Shown here: in pieces, positions 12,301 to 20,000 of the stretch
How the letters are laid out: each line of letters opens with the position of its first letter
How positions within the stretch are numbered: the stretch's first letter is position 1
NCBI GenBank assembly: GCA_000934665.2
Contig: KZ538528.1
Location: forward strand, 44,421-64,420
Reading direction: 5' to 3'
Length of the DNA: 20,000 bases
Source of the DNA: Catajapyx aquilonaris
Taxonomy: Eukaryota
Translations under genes and position numbers: made by a program
The notes under the pieces: model-generated
Seen by the model: only the letters and a program-made list of their open reading frames with translations
Told to the model about the DNA's origin: nothing
Database searches by the model: none

Positions 12301-12991
12301 CAATTGCACAAAAGAGCGTTTTCGACGCCTCCAGAATATTTCATATCCCCAAATGACCCGCCACTTTCAAGGGCGTCAATTTCGTCCGCCAAAATGACAC
12401 CCTTGAGTTACGAGCTGTAATACGCCCAACCCTACCCCCCCCAAAAAAACGCGGTTGGTATAGCAAGGGTCGAAGCTGCATGTAGGATTCATGAGCCGTA
12501 ATAATTTTTCGCCCGGCGGATCCAGACACGATTTGCACGCCACACAAATGTACACAGTACACACTGACAGCCAGACGTTGTTACGTTATTCATGTGGAAA
12601 CATATCTCGCGTGTGGTCTCCTTACTTTTTTTCTCTCTCTCCCCCCTCCTACTTTTTTTTTGTTATTATTTTACACAAATATTATACTACCAGCCTGCCC
12701 TTAATCTCTTGGTGCATTTACCTCCCCACCCCAAAGGAAGGTCGGAGCCACACCTACATCAGCGTAAAAGCCGAGAGCAGTCCGCAGCGGCTCATTTAAT
12801 CTATCTGGCGGGCTCCTCGCCTACATTTTCATGCAGATTTTATTTCGGCATCCTGCCTCGGGACCTCCAGAGGGAAATGGGGGAGGTGGGGGGAGGGGAG
12901 ATGGGGGAGAGGATGAAAACATCACCACCTTGTTTCCTGCCGCAAGTCACTTTTTGGGGGGAAAGAGAAACTTCATATGGAGAGTACTCAC

Positions 12992-13032
12992 CGGGACGGA
13001 GAGCACGCTGGTTCAGAGCCGGACCACGTCAT
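12992..13032 (-). CDS. Coding part of a 47-nt exon (13038-12992); alternative N-terminus MTWSGSEPACSPS+CG, phase 2
   Basis: Near-consensus acceptor ttcttttttgcttttctgcag| and donor CCG|GTGAGT, with an aaacATG start. Phase is the same as the 7162 donor. Resembles the end of a recalled ESRRG isoform N-terminus (...KSDLACVPSAKR). Confidence 0.55.
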
Positions 13033-13418
13033 GTTTATCTGCAGAAAAGCAAAAAAGAATATGTCTTGTAACTGACGGTTAAGAGAGTAAGCAACTAGCT
13101 TAACTTAAAAATATGAACGATCAATTTTTTTCGGGTTAAAAAAAGAGTACGCTACTTGCGGGCAAGACCGCGTTCAAGTTACACGCTTTCCCTGGGGAGC
13201 TTAGAGCTCGAATATGAAACCGGGGGTCTCTTGTTCTCCAGGCCAGAAAGCGACAAAGTCGATTCCAGCGACCGGTTTCAGCCGGACTGCTGCAAAACCC
13301 GGACTTAAGAGCAGCTGGCACCAATTAACCAACAATTAAGAAACCGCTAAGAGTGTTGCAATCCCACTTCCTTAAACTTGGTTCGAAATGAATGTGGCTG
13401 TTTTTTTAGGTGGATCGT

Positions 13419-13450
13419 GCTGATTGGTGCGTTACCAATCAGCCCAATCA
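13419..13450. promoter_or_regulatory. Triple CCAAT (NF-Y-type) cluster, two copies forming a perfect 10-bp inverted repeat
   Basis: GCTGATTGGT-gcgtt-ACCAATCAGC followed directly by CCAATCA. Confidence 0.45.
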
Positions 13451-13498
13451 AAGACAACGACGTTCGTCTGAACCCATCTTAATAAGAGCAAGGCTTAC

Positions 13499-13550
13499 CT
13501 CAGAGACACCGATCACTTATGGACACACGCGAGTTGTGGTCGGCAACTGA
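13499..13550 (-). other. Putative non-coding first exon (5' boundary uncertain)
   Basis: Strong donor GAG|GTAAGC at 13499/13498, 460 nt upstream of the 13040 acceptor. Inr-like TCAGTT at 13550-13545. An in-frame TAA precedes the ATG of the 47-nt exon after splicing. Confidence 0.4.
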
Positions 13551-15527
13551 AACACCACCGCGCACTGTGTTTGATCCGGGGTCAGGTTGGGTGTTTTTTT
13601 CTTTTGTATATATGTGTGTAGGCAAGAGAAGGTACAGGGTGTGTTTCTGGCATGGTTGGGTGATGTCGAAGGAATGGGGGTGACCACGCGTCCATCGCCG
13701 GCAAGACCCACCAGTCTTCTAACGCTGGCGGCGCTACTACGCCGGCCATGGCGCCACCACCCCCTCACCCTCCCCCAACAGACCGACGCGTCTACGACGC
13801 AGCCTCACGCCTGCCAACTGCTCCGACCAATCCGGTTCTCTGCCCGGCGCCGCCCTATCAAAAGTCCAGGCGCACAACCCATGAATCCCTCAGACACATG
13901 TGGATCACTCCATGTGAAACAATGGGGCGCACTGTTACTTGTGCCGGGGCCTATTGATTCCATGCTGCGATTATTTGGATGGAGGGGGGGGGGGGGAGCA
14001 TGATTGGCACCGGACAACAAACCAATTCATGCTAATATGCTGTACGATTCGAGAGCGGTGCAGTTTGCGTCTAATTACTCGACTGTGCGGGTTTGGGGTT
14101 GTCACCTACTTTGGATGCCTGTAAATTCAGTAAGTTGAAGGGAACGTGTGCTTAAACAGAACAATAAAGAAAGTGACACATTGTTCAGAGAAGCAACAGT
14201 CATTAGTCCCCAGTATGCAAATTCTGCCCAGTTAAAGAGTAAAATCTGATCTGGTTCAATATATTTCGTCTGCAGTATATACATATTATTTATAATTTAC
14301 GCACAAAGTACTGCCCTTGCTTTCGCATCATACTGCACTCACTTTGCAACCCAACGAGTACATCTGAAGTCATAAATATTTCGTACCCGCAGCTTGTGCG
14401 CAGGTGCACAGGACCTAGCCCCGGGAAAAGTTACACCGCTTTTCCATGTTGCAAAAATAGGGACACAATATTTTCTTTGTTTTGCGGAATGCTCGCAAAA
14501 AAAGGAAGGGGGGAAGGCGTGCGGTTTTTCCCTTTAAATTCTTCATCGTTGCCACTTTTTCATAGCCTGTTGTTGTGAAATTACAAAAATGCGAGTGCGA
14601 GTGTGCTGTTACATACGGCGTGTTTATTTGCCCAACAAAATAATAAAGTGCATCTGTGTACATTACACAATACATATTTAGATTGCACTTAGGGTGCGCA
14701 CTGTTGTTCATTTTGCACCGCTTTGTGCATTTTATGAGCACGCACATGCGCCTGTGAAGTCGTTTCATGGAAGCCAAGAGAGGCCCTTGGGTTGCCAGTC
14801 TTCCAGGATGAAACTAGTGAACACGATTTGTGGAAATATGCATTCAAAAGGCATACATGGCGGAGCACAACCCAAGTTCCCAGCCGAGTTCCCAGCTCAA
14901 GAGGAAGCATAAGTTATGGATTGGTTACTCTAGCAACCAGTTCAAATAGAAGCAAGCACATTGGAAACCTAATTAAAGACACATTCATTTTAACTAGTTG
15001 CTGGAATGAACAGATCATAATGACTTATTCACCTCTCTGTGAAGGTTGCGCGTTAGTCAATACCGACATGTAAGCTGAATAATAATATTGGCTTTGAGGG
15101 GATGTAAGTCAGTGAATAATAAACTGGCCTTATGATGTTGAATGCGCAACAACGTGCATTGCAGCCGTCACGCAGTGATTCCGACACCTGCATAATTTTG
15201 GATGCAAGTTATTATTTTATGAGCACTGCACTTTCCTCTTTGTCCAGGCGTGCCAGTTTCGTCTCTCTGATAATAATTCGCATTAAAAGTGCGCTACCCG
15301 TGTCATGTGTACAGTACTTCTGATACACCGTATGGCACTTATTACGAGAGTGACCAGTGCCGATACGCATTTTGGGGGACCTTTTGTGCTGCATGTGTTT
15401 CATTTGGGGAGAACCAGGCATTTGTTCCATCTCTCTGTGCCCCACAACTTGTTACACCAGCCTGCAGCAGGTGTATTATTGACGCGGTGAACCCATGACA
15501 CACTCTGTGAATTGCCCGCCGATTTAC

Positions 15528-15592
15528 TCTAATTGCGGCCAATCATTAATTTCTCATAATTTAATTACATCAATCAGTCATTCCGTGTCAAC
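15528..15592. promoter_or_regulatory. Homeodomain/Pbx/Meis motif cluster (candidate enhancer)
   Basis: Several TAAT/ATTA cores, CCAATCA, ATCAATCA (15569-15576) and TGTCA (15586-15590) within 65 bp. Confidence 0.3.
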
Positions 15593-18556
15593 AGCAACAT
15601 ATTATTGCTAAATGTGTACGTCAGCAAAACATCAAACGACAATAACTTATGCAGCTTAGTATTTTGGGAACCGGTGCGTGCACACACAGCGTGTCAGTAT
15701 GTGAACGTATAGTTCGGGTCGGACCCGCCAAAAACAGGATACTTTTTTGGCACAAATTAGTGGAAATGTTGAAATGCCAGTACTGGCGGGATCTGTAAAG
15801 TAATGTAATGTATTGTACAGATGATCAAATAATTTTGAGTGATTCATTGCGATGTAAGCTGGAAAACGTCAAAATCAATACAATCTTTCCGCACATCAGG
15901 GTAACAAGGGGAAAACAATTTATCAGCAAATAATATTAGCAACAATCGCCACTTACAATTATTCTCTGTGCACGGAAACCCTAATCCTTCGTTGGACTCT
16001 TTGTGTGCCAAAGTTTTTGCAGATAACTAACCACCATATCTAGGCAGGTCCCCTTTCAGTGAGTCACATGTAGCTGGAAAACCCCCCCAAGCATTTCACA
16101 TTTCGCGCCCATTCAATAGAGTGCAACAATTCATCGATTGTAATTTTTTAAGGGTGAAAATTGCATGCTTACTCCGCACGTTAAGTAGCGCATGACGTGA
16201 CGGGCAACACACACGAGGCGCACGTCTATTTGTCCCATTATGCACATATCCCGGCAGGTAGTAAGCGCATGACTGTTTAAAAAAAATTACAGTAGTTTTT
16301 GAGGTTGTAGCCCGCAACAATGGCGTGACAGCTCAGTTTTATCTGAATGCACTGCACGCCACTAGCTTTCCGCGTGCACCGACATTATTATCAGAGATTA
16401 GCATCGGTGCATGAGCTGGTCTGCAGTGTGTATGTGCATGTGCACACACCTGCGACTTTCTTGGGAGAAGCAATTCATTCAGTGCGTCGCCACGTTAGCA
16501 CCGATAGTGTCGCAGGCCAACCAACACGTTGCTATAATAAGACATCCGTCGTTACAAGTCGCAGGGGGTTTGAATTGAGGTCGTTGCAGAGGCAACAGAG
16601 AACCCAATTAAAATATAATTCGCGTTAATAAACCTTTCATCACTTTATCCCATCAGATAACATGTTCCTCTCCAAACTATAATCCTGCCCAACACTTTTT
16701 GTCCTCCTTAGTATATACTAATGGCTGCTACAGTTACCCATACATTTGTCGCCTTTCCCCGCGCCAGGGGGCATTTCCGTCGTCAATGGTCCAGAAGGCG
16801 TGTTATTTCAACCCCGTCGGACACAGGAAAATTCGCAGGCCCCATTATGCAGGCCCCATTGATCTTAAAGAAAGATGCCTTCTACTCATGACCCCATAAC
16901 GGAAACGTCGACAGGAAATGCAACAGGAGGATTTATTGATGTCGTATTATGAAAGGTGTAATGGCAGACAGTATGTTCATATATAGACATCGTCTATTGT
17001 CTATTCTGCACCTGTTGTTTGGTCTCGCCCGCATCTCGGGTACACACAATGCGGTACCAGCACCTTCCTAGACACGTGTTTTGCACCTAGTTTCTCTCTC
17101 TCTCGAATCTCTCCACCGAAGAAAATTCAATATCCAAGGCATATCAGTCGGATCCATAGAAAATTGTAGGTCGTAATTCAGTTTACTTCTGGGCGTCCCA
17201 GCAACCTACATTGCATTTTCTGCCTCCATTTTTGGAGAGACCTTGCTCACTATTTTTTTTTGAGCAGGAATATGCGTCTTGTGGGGCTCGTAATCCCCGG
17301 TACAAAACACTTCCAAGATGAACTGCACTTTTCTCTTTGAAAGTAATGGAGAGAAAAGGCCTGCACATTACTGCCATTTTGAGGTCCATCTGTGGCGGAG
17401 GAGGTAGAGAGTGAGTGGCAGGCGATAATAATCCCTCAAGTCCCAAAGCCTGCTGGTTGAGCTTAGATAAGATCGGGCCGACTTGTTCGACCGACAGTTT
17501 CTAATCAAGAGTGTATCGATTCGACATTATTAGAGGAAATGAACACACTTTTTTTTATCACACGCTTCGACTCCTAAGTAAAATGTTCCGGACTATTATC
17601 GGAGAGTTACTAATTGAACTCGGCCACGTCATGTATGAACATGAGTTCAGGTTAGCTACGGAGTTAGTCTATATCACGGCTATCCCTGAAGGCGCCGTCT
17701 GCTGGGAGACCCATAAAAGCGTTGCATGCGAGAACCAATTGGAAGCTCTGATTTACGGGATATTTCCCTTCCCATCGCCTGCCGATTGATACTAGTCCCA
17801 GGAACTTGTGGAAGGAGGGGTAGAGGTGCTTTCAATTGCAATCGATGCCGATTATTCGCCGGTTGCAAGGAAACTCGGTCGACCGATTCCATCTTCTCGT
17901 GCTGCTCAACACTTAGGGCCTCCCTCCCCCCTTACAACACCACGGATTCGGGAAAAGGGGGAGGAAGAAAAAAGAGAGAGAGAGCCCCAGGGAGGAATTT
18001 TCCCGGTTCCCTTCCCCCAACGGGGATCAGACCGCTTGCAACATTTAAAAAAAGAGGTATGATGGGGCCTATCTTGGGACGGCTCGCTTTTGTATTGACC
18101 ACACTTTGTGTTCTCCTGGGTCTGCATGTCTCTCCATTCTTTGCGCCAGATTCAGGTGCAAGGCTATACAGTCAAGGATTTCGAGGATTGGTTTCCACAC
18201 ATTGTTGCTTCCATAATGAATGATGCTAAAGTCAGGATACACAGGTAATTGGATTGAACTGTTGGTTTCCAGTTGTGCCAACTGAAACTTTACTGATTGT
18301 CAATAATTATTAACCAACAATATTCAGTCCAATTATTACATATGTATCCCGACTTTAGAGCCACCGTGTAGAAACAAAATTACCTGCAATGAAGACGTGT
18401 CAGCATCTGCAAATTCTCAGCCTTAAAATCTTCAAATTATGTACTTACAATATTATTCTGGAAATTTTTATATGAAATCTACATCCAAATGTGGTGAAAA
18501 GTAGTGTTTGGTAAGGTACAGTATGTGACAAAAAAATAACAAAATAAACTGTCGTA

Positions 18557-18710
18557 CAGTGTTGGTCATAATATATCGAGGCAACTGCCAGCGACATTTT
18601 CCGAAGCGGCAGAAGAAGGAATCGAAGATTCAAGCCGGGCGAGCAAGATTCCTTCTTCTGCCGCTTCGGAAAATGTCGCTGGCGGTTGCCTCGATATATG
18701 ACCAACACTG
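18557..18710. mobile_element. 154-bp MITE-like foldback element, Tc1/mariner type
   Basis: Inverted arms 18557-18623 and 18647-18710 (64 aligned nt, one substitution, one 3-nt indel) with a 23-nt spacer. Ends are CAGTG...CACTG, with TA on both sides (18555-56, 18711-12). No coding capacity. Confidence 0.8.
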
Positions 18711-19968
18711 TACAATTTTGGTCCAATTATTGTAGTATGGAAAATAATTAATGAAATAATTTTTTTGCCTATTCGCGTTGATCAGACTGAATTTTCTGTG
18801 ATACAAAAATGTGTTGTGGTCATATGCTAAAGGGATGAAAATGTTGCAAATTGGCAGGTTTCTCTTCTCTGTAAAGCAATGTTTTTGTATTGAATATTAA
18901 CAACAACATGTACTTAATGTCATAGTTGGTCCAGATGAAATCGACCCTTGAACATATCCTTTTCCGTGACAGCCGGACATTTCCGAGCTATTTTACAATA
19001 AATTAGGCCGGGCGACTTGCGCCTTCCCCCCAAAAAAACCTTCCGCATGTTGGAACTCACGTTGCCGGAGATCGACTGTGAAATTGATTGTGCCTAGTCC
19101 CAGGCAAGTGCTTCACTGGGGAGAAGGGTGTGTGGGGATGGGGGGGGATGGGGATGGGGAGAAAAAACCGCTAACCGGAATCAAAAAACCGGACTCCCAC
19201 TACAGTTACCCTCCGGGTGGACACTGTGGATTACACACATGATGAAACATCAATTACACGTTGAGTTTCCAAAGCAGTGACCACACATTTATTTCCTTCC
19301 CATCTCTCGATTTCTGGACGCAACGTTTCAGTAGTTTCTGGTCGTGAATCATCAGTGCTCATTGGATGATGTGTAGCACAAGTGAAGCAGAGTCTATCAG
19401 GTGGAATCTGGCTTTGGAGGCACAGCAGTGCATGTCTCTCGCAGGAGAGATTGACTTTACCACTTTCCTCTTCCTCCCTTTCCCTGCCCCTTTCCCTCCT
19501 TCCTATTGCCTTCAGGAACTGCTCGAGTTATTGCGTGTCCCTAGTCTCTTTCCCCTCCTAGGCGGCAATAACGTGTGGAAATAGCGGGTTCTTACTTGCT
19601 CGAATGTCGTACAATAGGAAGTTGACACTGGGTATATTGAGGGTACCTCGCCAAATGGGTGCCATAATTTTCAGACACTTTTTTTTGTGTCTGCTCTCTT
19701 TTAGCTCCTCTTCTGCTTAGAGGAAGGAAGAGGAAGGAAGGGATCTGGCTGCCAGGATTTGTCGGATGGAATTAGTTACACGGGATGGAAATGGTTGCAA
19801 CTTGTTTGGGATCAAAATGTGCAGTTTTTGTTGCGCATTAAAGCATGAGAAAAATTAGTTTAAAATTTGTTTTGCTATTTAGTCCCGCACTAACTCTTTT
19901 ACGTTAACGAGTTTCAATTGTTTTCAGTCGAAATGATCTGCGATATTAGATATTTCTGCTACACTTAC

Positions 19969-19994
19969 CATTCTGATTTAAATGAAACTGACAT
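19969..19994 (-). CDS. Candidate third alternative start exon or uORF (MSVSFKSE+TG, phase 2); exon truncated by the window edge
   Basis: caaatcATG TCA GTT TCA TTT AAA TCA GAA TG|GTAAGT: consensus donor, same phase as the other two ATG exons. Confidence 0.3.
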
Positions 19995-20000
19995 GATTTG

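Noticed and set aside
13748..13957. Pro-rich + strand ORF MAPPPPHPPP...
   Set aside because: Explained by C-rich promoter-like composition; no homology recognised and no clear splice support.
1..20000. The 60-183 aa ORFs of the six-frame track as standalone genes
   Set aside because: No recognisable domains; many are translations of simple repeats. Only part of 7035..7331(-) is retained as an exon.
1..20000. Prokaryotic systems (CRISPR array, operon, IS), tRNA/rRNA, homeobox exon
   Set aside because: No regularly spaced repeats, no gene-dense ORFs, no cloverleaf or rRNA motifs and no WFQNRR-type frame seen.

Overview
This is eukaryotic, mostly non-coding DNA with microsatellites, homopolymer runs, TAAT-rich blocks and no long domain-coding ORF. 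It looks like an invertebrate chordate or other deuterostome, possibly amphioxus (inference). The best reading is the 5' end of a minus-strand estrogen-related receptor (ERR/NR3B) gene. A 56-nt ATG exon segment at 7217-7162 (MAQVQLCVHNRLQREIHN, phase-2 GT donor) matches the length, phase and V-x-L-C motif of vertebrate ESRRG coding exon 1 as I recall it. Two further ATG-bearing exons upstream (13038-12992, MTWSGSEPACSPS; 20000-19969, MSVSFKSE) also end in phase 2, which suggests interchangeable N-termini spliced to a common exon 2 beyond position 1. No DNA-binding or ligand-binding domain lies in the window, so the gene identity rests on remembered short N-terminal similarity and needs a database check. 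The window also holds a clear 154-bp TA-flanked hairpin MITE (18557-18710) and several candidate cis-regulatory blocks.
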